The notes under the pieces: model-generated
Seen by the model: the letters and a program-made list of their open reading frames with translations, nothing else
Databases searched by the model: none
Told to the model about the DNA's origin: nothing
Origin: Geopsychrobacteraceae bacterium
GTDB taxonomy: Bacteria; Desulfobacterota; Desulfuromonadia; Desulfuromonadales; Geopsychrobacteraceae
DNA: 64,000 nt
Reading direction: 5' to 3'
Assembly (NCBI GenBank): GCA_963662315.1
Contig: OY759353.1
Span: 4,032,001-4,096,000, forward strand
Shown: one piece after another, positions 21,161 through 32,041 of the stretch
How the letters are laid out: the number at the start of each line of letters is the position of its first letter
Position numbering within the stretch: position 1 is the stretch's first letter
Translations under genes and position numbers: made by a program

Positions 21161-22225
21161 ATGGATATTGTAATTGTCGATGATCAAAAAACGAATCTGT
21201 TGCTTGTTGAATCTTTGATAAAGGGGCAGGGTTTCACGGATACGCAAAGCTTTATGTCTCCGCTGAAGGCCCTTGAGTATTGTCAGAACAATTCTCCCGA
21301 TCTGGTTATTCTCGATTACATGATGCCGGATATGGATGGTCTTGATTTTCTTGATGCCTTAAGACGGCTGCCTCATTGTGATGATGTACCGGTGGTCATG
21401 GTGACGGCTAATCATGAACGGCAGCTGTGCTATCGGGCGTTAAAAGCCGGGGTCAACGATTTTCTGACCAAGCCGATCGATCGTTTTGAGTTTGAAGCGC
21501 GCTTTAGCAACATGATTATGCTGCGTAAGCATCAGCAGGACCTGAAATCAAGGGCTCTGTTGCTGGAAAGCGAAATTGAAAAGGCAACACAGAAAATCTG
21601 CGAGCGTGAGCAGGAAACCATCATGCGTCTGGCCAACGCGGCGGAGCACAGAGATCCGGAAACCGGTGCTCATAACATGCGTATGGCGCACTACTCGAAA
21701 CTGATTGCTGAACAGTTGCAACTGAGCAAGGAAGAGCAGCAGACCATATTTATGGCGGCACCCATGCATGACGTTGGGAAAGTCGGAATTTCCGATACCA
21801 TCCTGCTTAAACCGGGGCGGTTGACTTCGGAAGAATTCAATAAAATTAAAACGCATACGGAAATTGGCTATCGCATTTTGGCAGACAGCCCGTCTGAACT
21901 TTTGCAGTGTGCGGCACTGATTGCCTGGAGTCATCATGAAAAATTCGATGGCAGTGGTTACCCGCGTGGTTTAGCCGGAGAAGCTATCCCTCTGGTTGGA
22001 CGCATCTGTGCCGTGGCCGATGTTTTTGACGCATTGACGACTGAGCGGCCCTACAAGAGCGCCTGGAGTGTCGATGAAGCGTTCGCGTCGTTAAAAGAGG
22101 GGTGCGGTACTCATTTCGATCCGCAATGTGTTGATGCTTTTTTTAAATCCCGCAGAGAAGTCCTGTTGATCCGAAAAATCTACCAGGATGATCCGGGTGA
22201 GCAGAAAATAGCGCTTTCGTGCTGA
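21161..22225 (+). CDS. Response regulator with HD-GYP c-di-GMP phosphodiesterase domain (RpfG-like)
   Basis: REC plus RD.ETG.H, HDVGK, HHEKFDGSGYP, VADVFDAL, RPYK. Confidence 0.93.
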   Translation: MDIVIVDDQKTNLLLVESLIKGQGFTDTQSFMSPLKALEYCQNNSPDLVILDYMMPDMDGLDFLDALRRLPHCDDVPVVMVTANHERQLCYRALKAGVNDFLTKPIDRFEFEARFSNMIMLRKHQQDLKSRALLLESEIEKATQKICEREQETIMRLANAAEHRDPETGAHNMRMAHYSKLIAEQLQLSKEEQQTIFMAAPMHDVGKVGISDTILLKPGRLTSEEFNKIKTHTEIGYRILADSPSELLQCAALIAWSHHEKFDGSGYPRGLAGEAIPLVGRICAVADVFDALTTERPYKSAWSVDEAFASLKEGCGTHFDPQCVDAFFKSRREVLLIRKIYQDDPGEQKIALSC

Positions 22226-22244
22226 TGATAAAGGCTGTCTGATT

Positions 22245-23468
22245 ATGATTGTGTTTGTTGATAATCTGACTGAGGGAATGGTGCTGCAGGAAGACCTGCT
22301 GACTCGCCAGGGGCGGTTGATTATAGGTAAAGGGGTGTCGCTGCAGGCACAGCATCTCAAGGTTCTGAAGTCGTGGGGGGTCAGTGAGGCCGACATCGTT
22401 GATAACAGTTTTCAGCACAAAGAACCTGCTGGTGGTACCCTGCAGCAGGAACACCTCGAAACGGCCAGAAGCTTCATCACTCAACATCTAGGCTGTTTCG
22501 ATTTAAGACATCCCATGCTGTCTGAGCTGGTACGCCTCGCCTCTCAGCGGTATGCTGAACGTCTGGCTAGCGGAACGGCTTTTCCGTCTCTGGCTGCCGA
22601 TAACAAACCACTGCTGCCCGCTGTTGTAGAAAGGCAGCATCCTACGATGCTGGTACGTGGCCTTTCCGATTTGGTCTCCTTGCCTTCGGTTTATTTTCAT
22701 ATCGTTGAAGTTATTCATTCCCCACAGGCCTCATCGGCTATGGTCGCCAATATCGTCAGTAAAGATTCGAATTTATCCCTCAAACTGCTGCGCCTGGTCA
22801 ATAGTGCTTTTTATGGTTTTCCCGGTCAAATTGACTCAATCACCAGGGCGATAACCCTGCTGGGCACCAATGAGCTGATCACCTTGGCTCTGGGGATTTC
22901 TGTTGTCCAGACATTCAAGCATGTTCCTGTGGATCTGATCGATATGGAAGCCTTCTGGAAGCATGCGATCCGCTGTGGCCTGTTTGCCCAGGTGCTGTGC
23001 AGTTACAAGGTTGGTGTTTCTGAGGAAACCATGTTTGTCGGTGGTTTGCTGCACGATATTGGTCGCTTGGTCATGTTGCGGAAAATCCCAGAGCAGTACA
23101 GTCGCGTCATGAATTATGCACGGCAGCAGCGCTTGCCGCTGGAGCAGGCTGAGCAACAGCTGCTGGAATGTACTCACAGTGATGTCGGTATGAGATTGGG
23201 CGATGACTGGAATATTGCTCCTAACCTGATCCAGATGATTGGCGACCATCATCAGCCGGCTCGTGAACGTTACCACACGGAAGCGTCCTTGTTGCATATC
23301 TCCAATCTGCTTGCACATGTGTTCGGTGATGACGCCCCGGGGGCTGAGGCGTGGCCGGCTTTTGATAGCAAAGCCTGGGACTCTCAGGGGATTTCGCCAG
23401 GGGTGCTGGCCGCAGCGGTGATTCAGGTGGATCGTATGTTTCGTGATGTTGTCAATATTTTTCTGTGA
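22245..23468 (+). CDS. HDOD domain signalling protein
   Basis: [34 protein letters not shown]. Confidence 0.9.
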   Translation: MIVFVDNLTEGMVLQEDLLTRQGRLIIGKGVSLQAQHLKVLKSWGVSEADIVDNSFQHKEPAGGTLQQEHLETARSFITQHLGCFDLRHPMLSELVRLASQRYAERLASGTAFPSLAADNKPLLPAVVERQHPTMLVRGLSDLVSLPSVYFHIVEVIHSPQASSAMVANIVSKDSNLSLKLLRLVNSAFYGFPGQIDSITRAITLLGTNELITLALGISVVQTFKHVPVDLIDMEAFWKHAIRCGLFAQVLCSYKVGVSEETMFVGGLLHDIGRLVMLRKIPEQYSRVMNYARQQRLPLEQAEQQLLECTHSDVGMRLGDDWNIAPNLIQMIGDHHQPARERYHTEASLLHISNLLAHVFGDDAPGAEAWPAFDSKAWDSQGISPGVLAAAVIQVDRMFRDVVNIFL

Positions 23469-23479
23469 GAGAGAGTCCG

Positions 23480-25681
23480 ATGAATAAACTTTCCCGGCAC
23501 CATATTGAGACGTGTGGCTGGTGTGGAAATAAGGGGGCTTCTGCATTGTCGTGTCGGGCAGCAAATGAACTGCTCAGCTGTGTTGCCAACATGATGGCTT
23601 TTGATTCTATCTCGTTACGGGCGACCGACAAACAGCAGATCCTGGAAGAGACAGCTCTTAAAATTCAGAATATTCTCGACTTCCAAAATATCTGTTTTTA
23701 TCTGGTCGATGAAAAAACGGCCTCATTTTATCCCGCCTACAGTTATCCGGAAGCCCTGAACTCCAGGTTGGAAAACTGGGTGGATGGTCTGATTGATGAT
23801 CAAACTTTCGCCTGGGCTTTGAACCGTAACAAGGCCGTCAGAGTTGAAGCAACAGCTGAGCACCCGGTACTGATTCTTCACTCTGTGACGACGGTTTCGC
23901 GTATCCGTGGCATGTTTATCGGAGAACCGAAAATCGATGGTGGCGAAGATGCGCGACTGACATTTCTGACCCTGTTGTTACACTCCTGTGCCAATTATAT
24001 TGAAAGCCTCGAACTTTATACCATGTTGCGCAAGGTTAACCGGGAACTGGAGGATAAGATTGCCAAGCTTAAGGAGCATGAACATGAGCTGCTGAAACAT
24101 CGCAGCCAGCTGGAAGAACTGGTCCTTGATAGAACCAGGGAAGTGGCTATTGCACGCGAGCAGGCTGAGCATTCGGCACGAGCCAAGGGGCAATTCCTGG
24201 CCAATATGAGTCATGAGATCAGAACCCCGATGAATGCTATGGTCGGTATGACCGAGTTGCTGCTGGAGACCAATCTTGATACTCAACAGTATGAGTATGC
24301 TGCTGCAGTGAAGGAGAGTTCCAGGAATTTGCTGTTTATTATTAACGATATTCTCGATTTTTCCAAAATTGAAGCTGGTGAACTGCGGGTCGAGAAGATT
24401 TCCTTTAATCTTTATACTACGCTTGAAAATGTCATCAGTATTCTGCGGCCTCAGGCGCTTGAAAAGAAATTGTCCCTGGCTGTTACCATTGCCGATACTG
24501 TTCCGCTCCAGCTGATGGGTGATCCGCTGCGCCTTAAACAGGTTGTCACCAATCTGCTGAGTAATGCCATTAAATTTACGCCACGCGGCTCAGTCTCTAT
24601 CACGGTTGACGTTGTGGAATCTCAAAATAGTGCTTCGCGGGTCAAGTTCAGTGTCCTTGATAGCGGTATCGGTATTGCTGAAGACGCCTTGCCGTATCTG
24701 TTTCGTCCATTTTCACAGGTTGATACCAGCACGTCCCGCCGTTATGGCGGAACCGGTTTGGGACTGGCTATTTCAAAACAGCTGGTTGACCTCATGGGAG
24801 GAGACATAGGTGTGGCTAGTAGCGTCGGTGAGGGCTCCTGCTTTTGGTTTACTCTGCCCCTCGAGGAGGCCGTTATCTGTTGTATGCCGGAGGAGACTCC
24901 GGTCAGCCAGCAGGTCGACTTCAGCCAGTCTTCATTTGGCCAAGAAACACATATTCTGGTCGTTGAAGATGTTCAAATGAATCAGCTAGTAGCTCGTAAA
25001 ATACTCGAAAAAAAGGGGTATCAGGTGACAGTTGCCGATGATGGCTACGAGGCCCTGGAGCTGTTGAAAAATGGACATTTTGACCTGGTTCTGATGGATT
25101 GTCAGATGCCGAACATGGATGGCTTTGCGACAACCCGCCATATTCGTAACGATCTGCAACTCGTTGATCTGCCCATTATCGCGATGACGGCAAATGCTAT
25201 GGCGGGGGACCGTGAACACTGTTTGAATAGCGGTATGAATGACTATCTCTCCAAGCCGATCGTCCCGTATGCCCTGTTTCACTGTCTTGAACAGTGGTTG
25301 CCCGTTGTCTCCCAACAGGCAAACAGGGTTGTCGTTTTTGATCCGAGTTTTCTCGATGGACTGATTGGAGAAGACAGCGACCTGAAGGGAGTCGTTCTTG
25401 ACGCCTTCGTCGATGACCTTGACAATTTACTCAACAGGGTTATTAACAGTCTCCGCTCAGCACAGTATGATGCTGCAAGCGTTGCGCTGCATGCCTTGAA
25501 GGGGTTGTGTGGCAATGTCGGAGCTAATCTGTTTCAGGAGTATGTGCGAGGCCTCGAAAAGCAACTCTCGAATCAGAATCTGCTTAGCGGGAGCATGGGC
25601 ACCGTCATAGCTGAGCTTAAAAAACAACAGCGTCTGATTGTTGCTGAATTACAGTCATATAAAGCAAGCCTAGGCCTGTGA
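23480..25681 (+). CDS. Hybrid histidine kinase (GAF-like, HisKA, HATPase, REC, Hpt)
   Basis: [33 protein letters not shown]; alternative GTG start at 23465. Confidence 0.92.
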   Translation: MNKLSRHHIETCGWCGNKGASALSCRAANELLSCVANMMAFDSISLRATDKQQILEETALKIQNILDFQNICFYLVDEKTASFYPAYSYPEALNSRLENWVDGLIDDQTFAWALNRNKAVRVEATAEHPVLILHSVTTVSRIRGMFIGEPKIDGGEDARLTFLTLLLHSCANYIESLELYTMLRKVNRELEDKIAKLKEHEHELLKHRSQLEELVLDRTREVAIAREQAEHSARAKGQFLANMSHEIRTPMNAMVGMTELLLETNLDTQQYEYAAAVKESSRNLLFIINDILDFSKIEAGELRVEKISFNLYTTLENVISILRPQALEKKLSLAVTIADTVPLQLMGDPLRLKQVVTNLLSNAIKFTPRGSVSITVDVVESQNSASRVKFSVLDSGIGIAEDALPYLFRPFSQVDTSTSRRYGGTGLGLAISKQLVDLMGGDIGVASSVGEGSCFWFTLPLEEAVICCMPEETPVSQQVDFSQSSFGQETHILVVEDVQMNQLVARKILEKKGYQVTVADDGYEALELLKNGHFDLVLMDCQMPNMDGFATTRHIRNDLQLVDLPIIAMTANAMAGDREHCLNSGMNDYLSKPIVPYALFHCLEQWLPVVSQQANRVVVFDPSFLDGLIGEDSDLKGVVLDAFVDDLDNLLNRVINSLRSAQYDAASVALHALKGLCGNVGANLFQEYVRGLEKQLSNQNLLSGSMGTVIAELKKQQRLIVAELQSYKASLGL

Positions 25682-26857
25682 CTTCTGGTCAGAGGTGACG
25701 GTTTGCAGATGGTGCATCCAGCACAAAAGAATTATTTTTGTCTCAACGCGGATTTTACGGACCTCCATAACGAGTTCCTTGCCGGTCAGCCTCGGCATTA
25801 TCTGATCGGTGATGAGCAGGTCATATTTTTCCGGAGTAGCGCTGAACTGTTGCAGCGCAACATGCGGATCCTGCAGCGCCTGGACCCTGTAACCGATGCT
25901 TTCAAGCATCTCCTGAGTGGCATTGACCAGCATTTCTTCGTCATCGACAAGGAGTATGCTTTCGTTACCATGGGGGATCTGATCCGTGCTCTGTTGCTCT
26001 TCTGTCACAGGTTCTTCATGGGTAACTGGGAAATTCAGGGTAAAGACCGTGCCCCGGTTAACTTCACTGTCCAGAGTAATAAAGCCACCATAAAGTCTGA
26101 CAATCCCCTGCACCGTTGACAGCCCGAGGCCAGTCCCTTGGCCAATAGTTTTGGTGGTAAAGAACGGATCGAAAATTTTACCTACCTTTGCCTGGGCGAT
26201 TCCACAACTATCATCCTTGATTGAAATCTGGATGTAATCTCCTGGCCCACATTCGTATTGCGCCGGGATTTCATGCTTTCCAATATATTGGCAGTTAAGG
26301 TCGATTACCAGATGACCACTCTCATTCATGGCATGGATGGCATTGTTGCAGAGATTATGCAGTGCTACTTGAATGCGACCGCGATCCGCTTTAATGCGTG
26401 GGCAGGTTTCGCTGCTGATGCGGCTGTAAGTCATTATTTGGGCAATCAGGTCTCTGGAACACAGGGCTGCTGTTTTGGCATTTGATAAGTATTTCTTGAA
26501 GGACGGTTGTGCCGTTGCCAGAAACTTTCTTTCCAGCAGCTCGACGTGCCCAAGAATAATTGCAAGATTGTTGTTAAAGTTGTGAGCTATGCCTCCGGCC
26601 ATCTCTCCAACGGCTTCCATTTTGTATTTTTGTTGTAGCTGTTTTTCCAGTGCGCGTTTTTCTGCCTCAATGATCTTTCTGGTGTTGATGTCCCTGATGG
26701 CAGCGCCGTTTCCATCATGAATCAGGATCCCTTCAAATGTTGCGTTTGACAGAATCCTGAAGCGCTCCTCGCTTTCGCGGATACTCGCTTCAAGATGTTT
26801 GCGTTCCGTCAGGTCGTGAACAACAGTGATCGTTGATATCTGTATACCGTGTTCCAT
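25670..26857 (-). pseudogene. Eroded PAS hybrid histidine kinase (frame open but with internal deletions and a truncated REC domain)
   Basis: Starts in a PAC tail; PAS collapsed; HisKA joined almost directly to HATPase; REC ends after KIILL. Confidence 0.65.
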
Positions 26858-26995
26858 AATTGCGTTTTCTGTGCTCTGCTAGAACTTAGATTATATACTA
26901 ATATATGATGTGGGAATTAATATTGGTCGATTGAGATTAATTGGCCTGGCTGCTTAGGCCATGAAACCTATAAGTGCCGGCTCAGGGGATTTCTT

Positions 26996-28039
26996 ATGCC
27001 AGATAAAAAACTACGCTTCGGTATTATCGGACCAGGGACCATCGCACATGTGCACTACCGGGCCATAATGCAGTCCGATAGCGCAGAGGTTGTTGCTGTC
27101 TACGGACGCAATGCCGAACGGACGCAGGCTTTTGCTGATCAATATGCCATCACGGCCTTCCATGATCTTGCCAGCTTCATGGCCAGTGACACCATTGATG
27201 CCGTAACTATTGCTACGGCATCTGGCACCCATTTGGAGATCGGTTTGCAGGCTGCTGTGCACGGTAAGCACGTGCTGTGCGAAAAACCGTTGGATATTAC
27301 CAGCCAGCGCAGCGAAGATTTAATTGTCGCCTGCGCTAGGCAACGGGTTCAATTAGGGGTGCTGTTTCAGGCCCGCTTTGCAAAAAGTGTGCGTCTGGCC
27401 AAAGCGGCCATTGACCGTGGCCGCCTGGGGAAAATTCTGTTTGCCAGCTGTCAGATGCGTTGGTATCGAAGCCAGGAGTATTACGATTCTGCCGCGTGGC
27501 GTGGAACCTGGGCTCTTGATGGCGGTGGCTGCTTGATGAATCAGGGCATCCACAGCGTTGACCTGCTTCTACATCTCGCCGGAGATCCTGCCAGTGTTAC
27601 GGCAGTGCAGGGACCGCGTACGCACGAACGGATAGAGGTGGAAGACAATCTCGCGGCACTGTTGACGTTTCAGAATGGAGCGATCGGGACCATCGAGGCG
27701 TCAACCTCTTGTGCTCCCGGGTTTCCCCGACGGCTGGAAATTTCGGGTGAGCGAGGGACGATCGGAATCGAAGGGGACAGTATCGTGCGCTGGGAATTTG
27801 TGGATCAACAGCCTCAAGATGAACAGATCCGGTCTCAGGTTGCGATTGGGCTTGGAGGGGCGGCTGATCCGACGGCTATAGGAGACCATGGCCATTGTTT
27901 GGCCGTTGCAGATTTTATTCAAAGTATTCAGCAGGGTCGGCGCCCTTTGATTGATGGTCTGGAAGGTAAACGATCGGTGGATTTTATTTGCGCTGTTTAC
28001 GAGTCGTTAAAAACCGGCACGACTGTTCGCTGCGACTGA
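26996..28039 (+). CDS. Gfo/Idh/MocA family oxidoreductase
   Basis: GIIG.G.IA..H, GKHVLCEKP, WRG....GGG.L.NQ.IH..D. Confidence 0.92.
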   Translation: MPDKKLRFGIIGPGTIAHVHYRAIMQSDSAEVVAVYGRNAERTQAFADQYAITAFHDLASFMASDTIDAVTIATASGTHLEIGLQAAVHGKHVLCEKPLDITSQRSEDLIVACARQRVQLGVLFQARFAKSVRLAKAAIDRGRLGKILFASCQMRWYRSQEYYDSAAWRGTWALDGGGCLMNQGIHSVDLLLHLAGDPASVTAVQGPRTHERIEVEDNLAALLTFQNGAIGTIEASTSCAPGFPRRLEISGERGTIGIEGDSIVRWEFVDQQPQDEQIRSQVAIGLGGAADPTAIGDHGHCLAVADFIQSIQQGRRPLIDGLEGKRSVDFICAVYESLKTGTTVRCD

Positions 28040-28209
28040 TGGCTATTCCCATTTGTGCCAGTACTCCGAGGGAGTAACCGATACCTGTTAATTGTGAACA
28101 AAGTTAGTTGCGAATGATCGTTCTTCCTTTATTCTTATATATGGCCAAGTACTTTACTTGATGGTGTTAAAGAGTTCTTTGGCAAGTGAGAGGAGAAGTG
28201 GGGGCCGGA

Positions 28210-29508
28210 ATGTTACCAGACGAGATTAGTCATAGAATCCGTGATCTGGCTCTATTCCCTGAAGAAAATCCCTTTCCGGTTATGCGGGTCAACAACAAGG
28301 GGATTTTGCTTTATGCCAATTGGCCTGCTCTGGCTCTGTTAAGCCCCTGGAATTGCCTTGTCGGCCAACCCGTCCCCTGCTTTATGGTGAAGAAAGTAAA
28401 GACCGCTCTGGCAGAAAATACCCATCAGTTTTTGAACCTCAACAATGTTGATCACTACTTTACCATGACCCTGGTGCCGGTTAGCGCACGGTCTTATGTC
28501 AATTTTTACGGTCAGGATATTACTGAAGCACGAAAAATAACGGAAAAATTGCGTCATAGTGAGGTGCGTTTTCGTCAGATAGCCGATTGCATGCCGCAAT
28601 TGGTCTGGACTGCTGATGCGTCGGGGGTGGTTGATTATTACAATGAGCGGCGTATTGAATTTGAGGGGTTCACCCAACGGGAGGATGGCAGTTGGGAGTG
28701 GGCCCCCGTAGTTCACCCTGATGAACAGGCAGAAACGATTGCCGCCTGGGAAATGGCCTCTCAAACCGGGACCCCCTATGAAATTGAACACCGGGTAAAG
28801 CGGGCTAATGGTCATTTCTCATGGTTTTTAAGCCGCGCCTTCCCGATTCACAATGAGTTGGGTGAAATTGTAAAATGGTTTGGCACCGCGACGGATATTG
28901 ATGACATCAAGCGAGCTGAGCTTGAACTTGAAACAGCGAAGCAGCTCGCTGAAGAGGCTAATCAAAAACTGACAAAGTTGGCCTGTACCGATGTCCTTAC
29001 CGATACCCTGAACCGTAGGGCCTTTATGGAAAGAGCCCAGATAACTTTTCAGTTTGTTAAACGCTATCAACACCCCCTGTCATTGCTGATTATCGATATT
29101 GACCATTTCAAAAAGATTAATGACACTTATGGCCACCAGGGCGGAGATATTGTTTTGATCGAAATTGGCCGTATTCTGACCAGCAGCCTGCGTGCAACGG
29201 ATGTTCTTGGACGCATCGGTGGTGAGGAATTTGCGGTTATTCTGCCGGAAACCACCCCTTATAATACCGCAGACCTTGCTGCGCGGGTGTTGGAAAAGAT
29301 CAGTTCGGCCAAGATTAAAATTGGGGCTGACATGACTGTCAGTCTCACGGTCAGCATTGGCGTTGCAACGATTCCCCCGTTGCCGTTTGATATCGGATCG
29401 GTTATGAGAGCAGCAGATCAGGCTCTTTACCGGGCCAAATCGGAAGGTCGCAATCGTTACTGTGAAGCTTCGGTCCCTAATGTGGAAAACGATCCTGTTA
29501 AATTGTAG
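28210..29508 (+). CDS. PAS-PAS-GGDEF diguanylate cyclase
   Basis: PAS/PAC domains, DIDHFK.IND.YGH..GD, RxxD I-site (RATD), GGEEF; start may be GTG 28186. Confidence 0.92.
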   Translation: MLPDEISHRIRDLALFPEENPFPVMRVNNKGILLYANWPALALLSPWNCLVGQPVPCFMVKKVKTALAENTHQFLNLNNVDHYFTMTLVPVSARSYVNFYGQDITEARKITEKLRHSEVRFRQIADCMPQLVWTADASGVVDYYNERRIEFEGFTQREDGSWEWAPVVHPDEQAETIAAWEMASQTGTPYEIEHRVKRANGHFSWFLSRAFPIHNELGEIVKWFGTATDIDDIKRAELELETAKQLAEEANQKLTKLACTDVLTDTLNRRAFMERAQITFQFVKRYQHPLSLLIIDIDHFKKINDTYGHQGGDIVLIEIGRILTSSLRATDVLGRIGGEEFAVILPETTPYNTADLAARVLEKISSAKIKIGADMTVSLTVSIGVATIPPLPFDIGSVMRAADQALYRAKSEGRNRYCEASVPNVENDPVKL

Positions 29509-29769
29509 ATTATTCTGCAGCTGCGGTTTATCAAAAGGTGCCAAAAGCTGGGCTTTTCACTGGAAGAAATCCAGGAGCTGCTGTCCTCTGCCGACTGGAC
29601 AACCAAGGACGCCGAACCGTTGATTCAAAAGCTCAACACCCTGGAGGGTGACTTGCACCTGCGTCATCTGCAGGCACTCAGCGATGCACGTAAAATCCTG
29701 ACTGCGGACCAGTTGAAGCGGTACAGCAGCACGGAATCATATGCACTTTCCGAAGAGTATTGTCATTAG
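29509..29769 (+). pseudogene. Start-less chimeric remnant: MerR-family regulator fragment fused to a Spy/CpxP-like fragment
   Basis: Manual translation: IILQLRFIKRCQKLGFSLEEIQELL then SSADW...LHLRHLQALSDARKILTADQLKRY...CH*. Confidence 0.6.
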
Positions 29770-29833
29770 CTTTCATACGGAGATTGAACAGCAGGGAGAG
29801 GCTTCTGTCCCCTCCGTGGTATGGCCCTGGATT

Positions 29834-31153
29834 TTACTCCTTGGTCAGCACATGGATGGTTTTGTCAAAGGGATCGATCATTGCGCAGCGCCTGATGGCT
29901 TCAATGCTATTTTCATCAAAAATGGTACCTTTCCCCAGTAGCAGAACTCCGGAGCCGGTGTGCAGGTCCGCTAATAATTTCATCCCTGGCTCAAGCTGTT
30001 TGGGCGATAGCTGCAGTTCGCGCCCCTCGCTACTGATACTCAACTGACCGAATACACGGTGGGCGCCATCAACCAAAGCCTGCTTCAGGGACGGATCAAG
30101 AATGGTACCCCATAGTGGATTAAGCTGTTCAGTCGCCGCGTCAATGTTATCCTCGGTATGCTCAAACTGCTGTTGGAGAACCCGGTCAAACTGATTGGCA
30201 ACGGCAATGAGGCGTGAACCAAAAGGAATGTCCTCACCCTGCAGGCCATCGGGGAAACCGGAGCCATCAAAATTCTCGTGGTGATGACGGATCATTGTGC
30301 CGATATTACGCAAAGCGGGAACCCGGTCCAGCACTGCCTGTCCCCGGATAACATGATTGCGGTATTCGGCCAGTTCCTGGGAATTCAACTGCTGCGGTGC
30401 TTTATTAAGAGGGGAGGAACTGTCGCCGATTTTGCCAATATCATGCAGCAGCCCGGCGTTGACAATATCCTGGCTCAGGGTTGGATCCATCTCAAGGATT
30501 TCGGCCATGGCCGCAAGCAAGGTGGATACGTTACGGCTGTGGCCGGGCAGAGCCGTATGGCGCAGTTCGATCATGGCCGACATGGCGTCGATAGTGGCCG
30601 ACAGGCTTTCCCGCAGGTGCTGGTTGGTTTCGGCCAGAGTGTCACTTTTGGCTCTGATTTGTGATGTCTGATCCAGCACGCGCTGCTTAAGGCGCTGGTT
30701 CCAGTCTTCGAGTTCTTTTTTCTGTTGCCGGACCAGTTTGTTCAGGCGGCGGTTCTCCTGAATCAGCAGGTAACCTTCGGCGGCAGTGGTGACCGCATCT
30801 ATCAGAACATCATCATTCCAGGGTTTGGTCAGGTAACGTGAGATACCGCCTTGGTTGACCGCTGCGATGGAGGCGTCGATATCGGCATAACCGGTCAGCA
30901 GAATCCGCGCCGCATCAGGCACGATTTCTCGCGCTTTGGCCAGGAACTGATCCCCAGTCATTTCCGGCATGCGCTGGTCGGAAATGATGACACCCACTTG
31001 CGGTTCTTCTTGGAGGATGCGCAGTCCTTCGGCACCGGACTGGGCGGTCAGGATAGTCAACTGCTCACATTCCTGCAGCAACCGGCGCAAGGATTTGGTG
31101 ACATTGACTTCATCATCAACAAGAAGAATGGTGACTTCGGCGGATAATTCCAT
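29834..31153 (-). CDS. Response regulator with HD-GYP-like domain
   Basis: REC (SDQRMP), coiled coil, LHDIGK, HHENFDGSGFP variant. Confidence 0.9.
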   Translation of the reverse strand: MELSAEVTILLVDDEVNVTKSLRRLLQECEQLTILTAQSGAEGLRILQEEPQVGVIISDQRMPEMTGDQFLAKAREIVPDAARILLTGYADIDASIAAVNQGGISRYLTKPWNDDVLIDAVTTAAEGYLLIQENRRLNKLVRQQKKELEDWNQRLKQRVLDQTSQIRAKSDTLAETNQHLRESLSATIDAMSAMIELRHTALPGHSRNVSTLLAAMAEILEMDPTLSQDIVNAGLLHDIGKIGDSSSPLNKAPQQLNSQELAEYRNHVIRGQAVLDRVPALRNIGTMIRHHHENFDGSGFPDGLQGEDIPFGSRLIAVANQFDRVLQQQFEHTEDNIDAATEQLNPLWGTILDPSLKQALVDGAHRVFGQLSISSEGRELQLSPKQLEPGMKLLADLHTGSGVLLLGKGTIFDENSIEAIRRCAMIDPFDKTIHVLTKE

Positions 31154-31185
31154 AACAGCTTCCAGATTCAAAATGAGATCTTCGC

Positions 31186-32022
31186 TTACGCTAAGGGGAT
31201 CATTACCAGGATATAACCCTGGGCAGTTGTTGGTGATAGTTGGCATATCTGGCATTGGTATGCCTGCTGACGAAACATGATTTTTTGGGTCTGATCCAAC
31301 TGCTGCAGCATAGTATCAATCAATTCGTTAATTGATTTTGGCAACACGGTCTGACGTCTGAAACCAAGCAGCCCGAAGGTTGCGTTGTTGAACAGATCAT
31401 CGGCTTCGCGGTTGCAGTTGACAATCATATCCTCCGTATCAATACCGACGACAACCATTGGCAGAACATCCAGAATTGCCTGCGACACCTGCAGAATATG
31501 GTGGCGGATTTCCAGTTCTTCGGTGCGCTTTTCAACTAGGCTTTCCAGGTTTTCATTGACGGACAGAAGTTCTTTATTGAGCTTCTCGAGCTCTTGATTT
31601 TTGGTTTGCAACTCCTGACTGAGGCGATCGTTCTGTTTGCGCAGCGCTTTTGTTTCAAGCCCCGATCGAATAGTTGAAAGAACCTCTTCGTCATTCCAGG
31701 GCTTGGGGATGAATTTATAGATGTGGCCCAGATTTACTGCTTCGACCACTGCGGCTGTATCTGCATAACCTGACAGAACAATACGCACAGTATCAGGCCA
31801 ACGGGTATAAACCTCGCGCAGAAAATCGACGCCATTCATTTCCGGCATCCGGTAGTCGGACACAATCAGGTCTACATTGTTGTGTTCTTCAAGAATAGCC
31901 AGCCCTTCGCGACCTGATTCAGCCAGCAGAATTTCATAATCTTCTTCATGGAACAGTCGTCGCAACGCTTTCAAAACATTTTTTTCGTCATCAACACAAA
32001 GAATTGTGGCCTGTTCGGTCAT
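31186..32022 (-). CDS. Response regulator (REC, coiled coil, PAS-like)
   Basis: ILCVDDE, SDYRMP, KPW; AAGGAG RBS. Confidence 0.88.
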   Translation of the reverse strand: MTEQATILCVDDEKNVLKALRRLFHEEDYEILLAESGREGLAILEEHNNVDLIVSDYRMPEMNGVDFLREVYTRWPDTVRIVLSGYADTAAVVEAVNLGHIYKFIPKPWNDEEVLSTIRSGLETKALRKQNDRLSQELQTKNQELEKLNKELLSVNENLESLVEKRTEELEIRHHILQVSQAILDVLPMVVVGIDTEDMIVNCNREADDLFNNATFGLLGFRRQTVLPKSINELIDTMLQQLDQTQKIMFRQQAYQCQICQLSPTTAQGYILVMIPLA

Positions 32023-32041
32023 CTAAGGCTCCTTATTGAGG

